Shown here: positions 1 through 7,936 of the stretch, in pieces
Position numbering within the stretch: position 1 is the stretch's first letter
Layout: the number at the start of each line of letters is the position of its first letter
DNA from: Gaiellales bacterium
GTDB taxonomy: Bacteria > Actinomycetota > Thermoleophilia > Gaiellales > JAICJC01
Direction of reading: 5' to 3'
NCBI GenBank assembly: GCA_051955775.1
Contig: JBQCGJ010000094.1
Location: 1 to 47,362 of the forward strand
Length of the DNA stretch: 47,362 nucleotides
Notes under the pieces: generated by a model
Database searches by the model: none
Seen by the model: only the letters and a program-made list of their open reading frames with translations
What the model was told of the DNA's origin: nothing
Translations under genes and position numbers: made by a program

Positions 1-9
1 TACAAATCC
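1..9 (-). repeat. possible truncated REP-like copy at the window edge
   Basis: TACAAATCC is identical to 25306-25314, the outer end plus flank of the REP copy at 25278-25310. The rest would lie outside the window. Confidence 0.3.
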
Positions 10-42
10 AGATCCTTGCATATACTCGGGGCGCCGGAGATT

Positions 43-76
43 TTGTAAAAGGCCGGGCTCGTGTACCCGGTACCGG
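43..76 (+). repeat. REP-like repeat copy (TTGTAAA-N12-TGTACCCGGTAC-CGG)
   Basis: It shares TTGTAAA and TGTACCCGGTAC, at nearly the same spacing, with the two repeats flanking the RayT gene (25278-25310 and 25933-25965). It lies 8 nt downstream of the glnA stop. Confidence 0.7.
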
Positions 77-84
77 TTGGAGCG

Positions 85-1443
85 TTACAGCGTCGGCAGG
101 TACCTCTCCAGCTCCCACGGCGTGACCTGCACGCGGTACTCGTCCCACTCGGCCCGCTTGAGCGCGATCAGGCGGTCGCGAAGCTCGGGCCCCAGCGCCC
201 GCTCGACCAGCTCCGATTCGGCCGCCACGTCGATCGCCTCGCCCAGCGACTCGGGCAGCGACTCGATACCCAGCGCCCGCCGTTCGGGCTTGGACAGCTC
301 GTACAGGTTCGTCTCCATCGGATCCGGCAGCTCGTATCCGCGTTCGATCCCCTCCAGTCCCGCGTGCAGCAGCCCGGCGAACGCCAGGTACGGGTTGCAG
401 GCCGGATCGGGGCAGCGGATCTCGGCCCGCGTCGCCCGCTCGTGCCCGGGGTGGTACAGCGGCACCCGGATCAGCGCCGAGCGGTTCCGCCGCGACCACG
501 CGATGTACACCGGCGCCTCGAACCCCGGAACCAGGCGCTTGTAGCTGTTCACCCACTGCGCGAACAGGAGCGAGATCTCGCGGGCATGCCGCAACTGGCC
601 GGCGATGAAGCTCTTGGCCACGTCGGACAGGTACCAGCTGTCCTCGGCGTCGAAGAACGCGTTCGACTCGCCGACGAACAGCGACTGATGGGTGTGCATG
701 CCCGAGCCGTTGACCCCGAACAGCGGCTTGGGCATGAAGGTCGCATACACGCCGTGCTTCTGCGCGACCTCCTTGACCACGGCGCGGTAGGTGATGCAGT
801 GGTCGGCCATCTCCAGGCCGTCGGCGTAGCGCACGTCGATCTCGTGCTGGCTGGGCCCGACCTCGTGATGCAGGTACTCGACCGGGATCCCCATCTCCTC
901 CAGCGCCAGCACCGTGTGCTTGCGCAGGTCGACCGAGGCGTCGAGCGGCGTCTCCTCGAAGTAGCCGCCGGCGTCCAGCGGCCGCGGCCGGCCGTCGTCG
1001 TCCAGCTTGAAGTAGAAGTACTCCAACTCCGGCCCCACCTTGAAGGAGTCGAACCCGAGGCCCTGCATGCGCTCCAGCGCCTGCCGCAGCACGTGCCGGC
1101 TGTCGGCGGCGTACGGCTCGCCGTCCGGGGTGCGCACGTCGCAGATCATGCGCGCCACCGACCGCTCCCCGGCCCGCCACGGCATCACGCGAAACGTGGT
1201 GGGATCGGGCATCGCGATCATGTCCGACTCCTCGATGGCGTTGAAGCCGGTCACCGACGAACCATCGAAGCCCATCCCGCGCGTCAGCGCGTTCTCCATC
1301 TCGTCGCGGGTGATGGCGAAGCTCTTGAGCCGGCCCAGGACATCGGTGAACCACAGCCTGATGAACTTGATGTCGTCGTCGGCGACGCGCCTGAGCACGT
1401 CCTCGCGGACCCCCTGGAGGTCCCGGTTCTCGATCACGCTCAT
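85..1443 (-). CDS. glnA: glutamine synthetase, type I
   Basis: Full-length GS-I-like translation (FTDVLGRLKSF, GSGMHTHQSLF, NPYLAFAGLL). ATG at 1443 is preceded by GGAAGGAG. The longer track ORF (to 1503) adds an implausible N-terminus. Confidence 0.95.
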   Translation of the reverse strand: MSVIENRDLQGVREDVLRRVADDDIKFIRLWFTDVLGRLKSFAITRDEMENALTRGMGFDGSSVTGFNAIEESDMIAMPDPTTFRVMPWRAGERSVARMICDVRTPDGEPYAADSRHVLRQALERMQGLGFDSFKVGPELEYFYFKLDDDGRPRPLDAGGYFEETPLDASVDLRKHTVLALEEMGIPVEYLHHEVGPSQHEIDVRYADGLEMADHCITYRAVVKEVAQKHGVYATFMPKPLFGVNGSGMHTHQSLFVGESNAFFDAEDSWYLSDVAKSFIAGQLRHAREISLLFAQWVNSYKRLVPGFEAPVYIAWSRRNRSALIRVPLYHPGHERATRAEIRCPDPACNPYLAFAGLLHAGLEGIERGYELPDPMETNLYELSKPERRALGIESLPESLGEAIDVAAESELVERALGPELRDRLIALKRAEWDEYRVQVTPWELERYLPTL

Positions 1444-1468
1444 CTCGCTCCTTCCCGCTGGTCGGTGG

Positions 1469-1518
1469 TTTCGGGCACAAAAAAACGCCCCCAAGCGACC
1501 CACCCGAAGGTGAGCCTC
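1469..1518 (-). terminator. intrinsic terminator downstream of the HD-GYP gene
   Basis: The minus-strand RNA ACGCCUCC...GGGGGCGU forms an outer stem. An inner CUCACC-UUCG-GGUGGG hairpin follows, then a run of 7 U. Confidence 0.75.
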
Positions 1519-1602
1519 TCGGAGGCGTCATCGCCTCACGCTCGAACCGGCGTCGGCCCGAGCGGCGGATGCAGCATACCAGTCGCCCCGGCGGTGACGC
1601 GT

Positions 1603-3678
1603 TTACAGCCCGGCCGACTCCACCACGGCGATCAGCGCATCGGCCACACGAGGATCGAAATGCGATCCGTAGCAGCGGCGGATCTCCTCGATCGCCTGCG
1701 CGCGGCCCACCGCAGGACGGTACACGCGGTCGCTGGTGAGCGCGTCGAAGGCATCGCAGGCCAGGATCACCCGCGCTCCCAGCGGGATCTGCTCACCCGC
1801 CAGCCCGAGCGGATAGCCGCCGCCGTCCCAGTGCTCGTGACAGGCCAGCACGAGCTCCCGGGCGCCCGCCAGCGCCGGCACCGGCTCGATGATCCGCGCC
1901 CCAAGTTCGGGGTGCAGCCTCATCACGGCCCACTCCTCTTCGGTCAACGGCCCGGGCTTGTTGAGGATCTCCAGCGGGATCCCGATCTTCCCGATGTCGT
2001 GAAGCGCCGCGCCCAGGCTGAGGTCGCGCAGCTCGCGCCCGGTCATGCCGAGCTTCACGCCCACCTCGCCGCTCAGCCCGACCAGTGCCTGTGCGTGGTC
2101 CGCCGTGTAGTCGTCCTTGGTCTCGAGGGCGTTCGCGAGCGCCTTGACCGTGGACAGGAACGACTCGTCCAGCTCGCGGTACAGCTCGTAGTTGGTGAGC
2201 GCCAGCAGCGCCTGATCGGCGATGCCCAGCAGCATCTGCTCGTCGCGCGCCGTCGGCGCCCCCCGCCGCGGGCCGCGCCGCAGCACGATCGCGCCCCGAT
2301 TGCCGCCGCCCTCCCCGATGGGCACGATGACCACCCTGGAGGCCGGAGGCATGTCGGCCGGGGCGGTGGGATCGACCTCGAGCACGGTCAGCCGGCGGCG
2401 GCGAAGCGCCTCGGCGTACGGCTCGCGGGTGGTGTCGAGCCGCCGGGCCCGAAGCCATTCGACCTGCGCCGGGGTGTAGCCCACATGCGCCGAAAGCCGC
2501 AGGTGAACGCCGTCGCCGAGCCACACGCCAAGCGCCGCGCAGTCCACGAGATTGTCGACGGCGGTGGCCACCATGCGGGCGACCTCCTTGATGCTTCCCT
2601 GCTCCGCGAGTGCGGCGCCCAGCTCGAGCAGCGCACCGGCCACGTCGGCCTGCTCCCGCGCCGTCTGGTTCAGCCGTGCGCTGCGGCAGCCGACCGCTGC
2701 GGTCGACGCCACGGCATTCAGCATCCGCAGGTCGTCCTCGCCGAAGCGGCCGGCGCCGAGCCTGGACAGCACGATCACGCCGATCGGCTCGCTCTCGATC
2801 AGCATCGGCACCGCCACCATCGACTCGTCGACGGTGTCGGTACCCGGGATCTGCACGGCGGCGGGGTCCAGGCGGGCGTTGGGGATCACGCGGGGCGTGC
2901 GGTCGGCGAACGTGCGGCCGGCGATGCCCTCCCCGATGAGGCACTCGAAGTCCTCTCCCGACAGGCGGTCGACCGCCGGGTCGACGCTCGAGTGAGCCAC
3001 GGCGATCAGGCGGTCGCCGGCCGGCGAGAGCAGGTAGAAGCGGCACGAGTTGCTCTCGATCATCGCCATCAGCCCGTTCACCACGGCGCGGGCGACATCC
3101 ACCTCGGAGCCGGCGCTCGCCAGTGCGACGGCAAGCGACTCCAGGATCATCGGCGAGGAGGCGCTCTCGGGCTGGCGCCGCGGGCGCTCCTTCGGCGCGA
3201 GGCGCACGCCCGGGGCGTGGATGGCCCCGATCAGCTCTGCGCAGGCCAGGTCTTCCTCGGGGAACGGCTGGGTTGATCGGACGGCGCCCACCAGATAGGC
3301 GCTGAATGCCGAATCGGCGGCCAGTTCCACGATGACGACGGTGTAGCGTCCGTCGCTGGTCTGGCTGACATCGCCCACCGCCGACTCGGCCAGCCCGCGC
3401 AGCCGCATGTCGCCGAGCCGCGCAGCCGGTCCTCCCGGTCGCACCCAGCGGGCGCTCGGAGCGAGATCGGACGCCGAGCCGGACAGCAGCCAGGCGGCGT
3501 CGAGACCCAGCAGCTCTCCCAGAGTCGAACAGGCGGCATCCCCAGCCTCGTCTGGGCCGAGCGACGCTGCGCCGCGCGCCAGGTCCGCCAGCCGGAGCAG
3601 GCGAATGGCGGCGCTGGTCGCCTCCCGGCGCGCCGACCCAAGAGCCGCCGAGAGGTCGGAAACGCTCGTCCGGACCAC
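1603..3678 (-). CDS. multi-GAF sensor HD-GYP domain phosphodiesterase (putative c-di-GMP phosphodiesterase)
   Basis: The C-terminus has HDIGKIGIP ... HHEHWDGGGYP (HD-GYP). The N-terminal ~480 aa looks like repeated GAF-type modules. Confidence 0.85.
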   Translation of the reverse strand: MVRTSVSDLSAALGSARREATSAAIRLLRLADLARGAASLGPDEAGDAACSTLGELLGLDAAWLLSGSASDLAPSARWVRPGGPAARLGDMRLRGLAESAVGDVSQTSDGRYTVVIVELAADSAFSAYLVGAVRSTQPFPEEDLACAELIGAIHAPGVRLAPKERPRRQPESASSPMILESLAVALASAGSEVDVARAVVNGLMAMIESNSCRFYLLSPAGDRLIAVAHSSVDPAVDRLSGEDFECLIGEGIAGRTFADRTPRVIPNARLDPAAVQIPGTDTVDESMVAVPMLIESEPIGVIVLSRLGAGRFGEDDLRMLNAVASTAAVGCRSARLNQTAREQADVAGALLELGAALAEQGSIKEVARMVATAVDNLVDCAALGVWLGDGVHLRLSAHVGYTPAQVEWLRARRLDTTREPYAEALRRRRLTVLEVDPTAPADMPPASRVVIVPIGEGGGNRGAIVLRRGPRRGAPTARDEQMLLGIADQALLALTNYELYRELDESFLSTVKALANALETKDDYTADHAQALVGLSGEVGVKLGMTGRELRDLSLGAALHDIGKIGIPLEILNKPGPLTEEEWAVMRLHPELGARIIEPVPALAGARELVLACHEHWDGGGYPLGLAGEQIPLGARVILACDAFDALTSDRVYRPAVGRAQAIEEIRRCYGSHFDPRVADALIAVVESAGL

Positions 3679-3745
3679 TCCGGAACCTTATGGCGCGGCC
3701 GCCGGGGCGGCCATCCCCGGTTCGCGGTATCGGCGCTGTCCGAGG

Positions 3746-4729
3746 TTACAGGGTGATCACGGTGTACACACCGGCGGCCACCAGCGCCGATGCGGGCAGC
3801 GTGAGCAACCACGCCACGGCGATGTCGGCCGCGATACCCCACCGCACAGCCGACAACCGGGTGGTCGCACCCGCGCCCATCACGGAGCCCGAGATGACCT
3901 GCGTGGTCGAGATCGGAAAGCCGCTGCGCGCGGTGTACCAGAGCACGAGGCTGGCGGTGGTCTGGGCCGCAAACCCCTGCGGCGGCTCCAGCTTGAAGAT
4001 CCTCGTGCCCATCGTGCGCATGATCCGCCAGCCGCCGACGTACGTGCCCGCCCCGATGGCCAGTCCGGCGCTCAGCTTGACGTACCAGGGGATGTAGAAG
4101 CTGTCGATGTGGTGCGTCGTGAACAGGGCGAGGGCGATCACGCCCATGGTCTTCTGGGCGTCGTTGGTGCCATGCAGAAACGCCATCAGGCTGCCCGACG
4201 CGATCTGGAGGCCGCGAAACCCGCGGTTCAGCGGCGCTGGACGGACGCGCCGGAACCCCCAGATGATGGCGAGCATGACCGCCGCAGCGATCGCGAACCC
4301 GATCAGCGGGCTCTGCACCGCGGGCACGACCACCTTGTGCCAGATACCCCACCAGTCGACCGCCTTCGTGCCGTTGGCCGCCACGGCCGCACCCACCAGG
4401 CCCCCGATCAGGGCGTGCGAGGACGACGACGGCAGCCCGAGGTACCAGGTGGCGAGGTTCCACGCGATCGCCCCCAAAAGCGCCGCCACCAGCACCTGCT
4501 CGGTGACCAGATTGGGGTCGACCAGGCCGCTGCCCACTGTCTTGGCCACGGCGGTGTACACGAACGCTCCCACCAGGTTCATGGCGGCCGCGATGGCGAC
4601 CGCCAGCCGGGGGGTGAGCGCGCGCGTGGACACCGAGGTGGCGACGGCGTTCGCGGTGTCGTGAAACCCGTTTGTGAAATCGAACGCCAGGGCGGTGATG
4701 ATCACCACCCACAGGAGGCCGTCGGTCAT
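3746..4729 (-). CDS. pit: inorganic phosphate transporter, PiT family
   Basis: PiT signatures NGFHDTANAVATSV and GTNDAQKTMGVI, in a polytopic membrane protein. Confidence 0.9.
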   Translation of the reverse strand: MTDGLLWVVIITALAFDFTNGFHDTANAVATSVSTRALTPRLAVAIAAAMNLVGAFVYTAVAKTVGSGLVDPNLVTEQVLVAALLGAIAWNLATWYLGLPSSSSHALIGGLVGAAVAANGTKAVDWWGIWHKVVVPAVQSPLIGFAIAAAVMLAIIWGFRRVRPAPLNRGFRGLQIASGSLMAFLHGTNDAQKTMGVIALALFTTHHIDSFYIPWYVKLSAGLAIGAGTYVGGWRIMRTMGTRIFKLEPPQGFAAQTTASLVLWYTARSGFPISTTQVISGSVMGAGATTRLSAVRWGIAADIAVAWLLTLPASALVAAGVYTVITL

Positions 4730-5346
4730 CGATTCTTGAGATAGACGCTCTCGAGCACGTGCGCCGCGCGCTCGCAGCTGTCGACGGCCTGCTCCAGGTC
4801 CTCGTGAATGTCCTTCCAGCGGATCACGACCAGCGGATCCATGCCGCCCGAGAACAGGTTGGCCGTGGCCCTGCGCACCAGCTGGTCGGCCTCGTCCTCA
4901 AGGGCGTGGATTTCGACCAGCAGCGGCTGTGCGTCCCGCAGGGGGCCCAGACCCGCGACCACATCGGACAGCTTGGACACCGCCCGCAGGATCACACCCG
5001 CCTGGTCGATGGCCTCCCGCGGCACCTCCTCGACCCCGTACAGGCTGAGCTCGTCCGCGACCTGATCGATGAAGTCCAGGATGTCGTCCAGCGCTGTCGT
5101 CAGGTCGTAGATGTCCTCACGGTCGATGGGCGTCACGAACGTCTTGTGCAGCAGCTGGACGATCTCGTGCGTGATGCGGTCGCCCTCGTGCTCCCTGTCC
5201 TTGATCTCGGCCACCAGCGCCCTGCGGTCCGGATAGTGCTCGAGCAGGTCGAGCAAAAGCTGCGCAGCCGACACGAGGTTGGCGGCGGCCTGGTCGAACA
5301 GGGTGTAGAACTCGCGTCCCTGAGGCAGCAATCGGAGCTTCGCCAC
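4726..5346 (-). CDS. DUF47 / PhoU-like phosphate transport accessory protein
   Basis: DUF47-type helical protein (LRLLPQGREFYTLFDQ..., HEGDRITHEI) with a 4-nt overlap onto pit. The start is uncertain: GTG at 5346 gives the family-typical N-terminus, and TTG at 5388 is the alternative. Confidence 0.8.
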   Translation of the reverse strand: MAKLRLLPQGREFYTLFDQAAANLVSAAQLLLDLLEHYPDRRALVAEIKDREHEGDRITHEIVQLLHKTFVTPIDREDIYDLTTALDDILDFIDQVADELSLYGVEEVPREAIDQAGVILRAVSKLSDVVAGLGPLRDAQPLLVEIHALEDEADQLVRRATANLFSGGMDPLVVIRWKDIHEDLEQAVDSCERAAHVLESVYLKNR

Positions 5347-5703
5347 GCGGCCACGATACAGGCTCGATCGTGAACGAGTGGTGAACAACCGGTCCGGTCC
5401 GGCGGGGAAGATCGTCCCCTGAGCGACGCGCGCGGCGTGGGACGCCGCCAGCGTGCCCGCAGGCCAGCCGCGCCGCGTCGTCCGGCTCGCGGACGATACT
5501 CGGATCAGGGCAGTGGATCATTTCTCGACCAGCACCCCATCCGTCTGCGGCGGCGCCGAGCACGCAACGTCACCCCTGGCACATGCGTGGTGCGCCTGGT
5601 GGCCGTGGGCGACCGCGGTGCCGATGGCGGCCACCGACCGCGCAGATCCCACGCTGGGCTCGCCCACTCGGGCGGTCAGCACGCACACATAGACCGCTCG
5701 CGG

Positions 5704-6126
5704 CTAGCCGCAGAGGTCGCGCACGAGCAGCTCACCGTGGACGGCATAGCCGCGGCGGCGATAGAAATCGACGGCCCGCTCGTCGGCCCCGGTGGCCGGC
5801 ACCGCCACCTGACGCAGCCGGCGACTGGTGCCGTAGCCCTCAGCCCAGTCGAGCAGCGCATGCCCAACCTTCCGGCCCTGGTCGGCCGGCGGGATCACCA
5901 TGCGGTCGAGCAGAAGCGCCCTGTCGCTCTCACGGGCTGCCACGAACCCCGCCGGGTGCCCGCCGACCTCGGCCACGAACACGATGTCCCCCGGGGGTCC
6001 GGCCGGCGCCACTCCGGCCGCCAGGTGCTCGTGGGCGGCGTCGACCTGGGGCACCGTCTCGGCCACCAGACGGCTCAGCGCGGCGTCGTCGTCCGGCCGC
6101 CGTTCCCGCACCACCACGTCGGTCAC
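5704..6126 (-). CDS. GNAT family N-acetyltransferase
   Basis: 140 aa with an acetyl-CoA-binding-like motif (QGRKVGHALLDWAE) and a ...FYRRRGY tail. Confidence 0.8.
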   Translation of the reverse strand: MTDVVVRERRPDDDAALSRLVAETVPQVDAAHEHLAAGVAPAGPPGDIVFVAEVGGHPAGFVAARESDRALLLDRMVIPPADQGRKVGHALLDWAEGYGTSRRLRQVAVPATGADERAVDFYRRRGYAVHGELLVRDLCG

Positions 6127-6150
6127 AGCGGTGCTCCGGGCGCCGGCCGG

Positions 6151-6633
6151 TCAGACGACGCCGGACGCCTCGTCGATGGCCCGCTGCTCCTCCGGCGAGA
6201 GTTCCACGTCGCTGCGACCATCGCGTACATCCTTGATGTAGATCCTGGCGTAGTCCCGACCCTGGATCGCCGACAACACGATCCCCGACCCGGTGGCGTC
6301 CATCACCGCGATGGTAGCCGACTGCTTGCCGCCCGAGCCTTCGAGCGCATCGTACCGAAGCAGGGAACGCCGCTGGTAGCAGCTGTCCACTCGCGCGCTG
6401 GTCGCCGCCACCTGCCCCTCCACCTGGGCCGAACGGCGATCGATCGCCTCCACCCGCGCGAGCAGGCCGACGGCGTATTCGACAAGGTCATGGGTGTCCG
6501 TACCGACAACCAGCCTCTGGTCGCGGCGCATGCGGCGCACCACCACGAGCAGGTACAGGGTGCACAGAAACAGGAGCCCGGCGGCGGCAGCGGCCGCGAT
6601 CGCCACGTACAGCGCGGTATCGGCGCGGGTCAT
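6151..6633 (-). CDS. DUF4446 family protein
   Basis: N-terminal TM helix followed by a conserved DUF4446-like core (LLRYDALEGSGGKQSATIAVMD...GIVLSAIQGRD). ATGA overlap with the upstream gene. Confidence 0.75.
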   Translation of the reverse strand: MTRADTALYVAIAAAAAAGLLFLCTLYLLVVVRRMRRDQRLVVGTDTHDLVEYAVGLLARVEAIDRRSAQVEGQVAATSARVDSCYQRRSLLRYDALEGSGGKQSATIAVMDATGSGIVLSAIQGRDYARIYIKDVRDGRSDVELSPEEQRAIDEASGVV

Positions 6634-7868
6634 GCTGCGACTTTGAACGCGACGCGATACGTGCCGCTGTTGTTGGACTTGTTGCGTTCGCCGGGCACCG
6701 GGCCGGTCATCACGAAAAGCGTGTACGGCTGGCTGAACTGCGGCTGGTTGGGGGCCGCGAACGGGTTGGAGATCGTCGCCGTCGCCGACCCGTTGGGCTG
6801 GATGGAGGGGATCGTCGCGTTCTGCACCAGCGGGTTCTGACCGGCGTGCTTGAGCTCCAGCATGACCGGCACGCTGACCTCCTGGTAGTGCCCGCCGTTC
6901 TTGACGGTGACCTTGAACGTCAGCCCGCTGGTGAACGTGACCGTGTTCAGCGTCCCGGGTGTGAGCGTCTTGCCGTCGGCCTTGACGGAGACCAGCTCGA
7001 CGCCGTGCAGCCCGTGCACCGCTCCCGGCCGCAGCCGCAGCAACACGGGCGCGAATCCGGTGGTGGTGACGAGCTTGATGTCGGGCGACTTGAGGAAGCG
7101 CGAGGTGGGCACCTGGCCGACGATGTTTGCCGACCGCAGCACGTCGTGTGCCGCGCTCGCGTACGAGTCCGCGTAGATCACGTCAGACGACATCAACCTC
7201 TGCATGCACCTGGACAGCGCCTGCGCGCCGAGCCGGATCTTGCCCCGGCTGGCGCCGTTTGCGGCGCTCACGACGTTGGCCTCCAGGCAGCGCAGGCCGT
7301 TGACCCGGTACTGGAGCGCCTGCAGCAGGTACGGATGCACGGGGACGAGCTGGCTGGTGGGCTTGATCGACTTCGCGGCGGCGTACTGCTCCTGAGCCGC
7401 GCTGACATCCGCCTCCAGCTTCTTCTGCACCTGCGGGGCCGTGATGCCCGGGGTGTTGAGGACCTGCTGGAGCCTGGCGCCCAGCGCGTCGGAGGCGATC
7501 AGCTGCGCCTTCACCTTCGAGAAGTAGGTCTCCGTCGGATTCGACGAGCTGCCCCCGAACAGGCCCTTGACCACCAGGTATCCGACCACCAGCAGTACCA
7601 GGATGCCTGCGCCCAGGACGGCCAGCCGGCCGTACTCCAGCTGCCCGCTGCCGCGGCCGCCGCCTGGCCGGCGGGGGCCGCCCGTGCGGCCGCCGCCAAG
7701 GCGTCCGCTGCCCGGGATTCGGGACGGCCTGGGGATTCGCGGCCGGGGCCCGGATTCGGTCTCCGGTCGGGCGGTCTGAGCCCCGCCTGCGGGCCGCGTG
7801 ACGGCCGTCTCCTGGGTCTGGCTCGGCTCCTCCCAATCCTCGTCGAAGAAGTCTTCAGGAGGCACCAA
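6630..7868 (-). CDS. membrane-anchored protein with a disordered G/R/P-rich N-terminus and a C-terminal CARDB-like domain
   Basis: Single TM (LAVLGAGILVLLVVGYLVV). The C-terminus (VTVKNGGHYQEV...GERNKSNNSGTY) resembles the CARDB fold signature. Confidence 0.65.
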   Translation of the reverse strand: MVPPEDFFDEDWEEPSQTQETAVTRPAGGAQTARPETESGPRPRIPRPSRIPGSGRLGGGRTGGPRRPGGGRGSGQLEYGRLAVLGAGILVLLVVGYLVVKGLFGGSSSNPTETYFSKVKAQLIASDALGARLQQVLNTPGITAPQVQKKLEADVSAAQEQYAAAKSIKPTSQLVPVHPYLLQALQYRVNGLRCLEANVVSAANGASRGKIRLGAQALSRCMQRLMSSDVIYADSYASAAHDVLRSANIVGQVPTSRFLKSPDIKLVTTTGFAPVLLRLRPGAVHGLHGVELVSVKADGKTLTPGTLNTVTFTSGLTFKVTVKNGGHYQEVSVPVMLELKHAGQNPLVQNATIPSIQPNGSATATISNPFAAPNQPQFSQPYTLFVMTGPVPGERNKSNNSGTYRVAFKVAA

Positions 7869-7936
7869 TCCACCCTACCACTCCGCGCGGACGCCGATTT
7901 GCAGGACTCTCGGCACGCTCGTCCAACTCCCCACGC

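Noticed and set aside
1-84. The 3' end of a second RayT gene at the window start (TACAAATCC equals the stop region of the transposase at 25305).
   Set aside because: On the minus strand a gene body would have to extend into glnA, which ends at 85. The identity is better explained as the outer end of a REP repeat.
61-3276. A 1071-aa plus-strand ORF. Similar very long ORFs occur at 5437-6840 (+), 7511-9478 (-), 8917-10491 (-), 14754-16130 (-), 15818-18043 (-), 23862-25889 (+) and 38652-40763 (-).
   Set aside because: They run antisense to genes with clear family signatures (glnA, HD-GYP, kinases, fhaA, pknB/ddl, sufS, the membrane protein). Their translations are Arg/Pro/Gly/Ala-rich low-complexity strings. 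These are the typical stop-codon-poor shadow frames of high-GC DNA.
5453-5692. A 79-aa plus-strand ORF in the GNAT/DUF47 gap.
   Set aside because: It is Trp-rich and implausible (AHAWCAWWPWATAV). It shares third-codon positions with the minus-strand 56-codon ORF, so it is probably the shadow frame.
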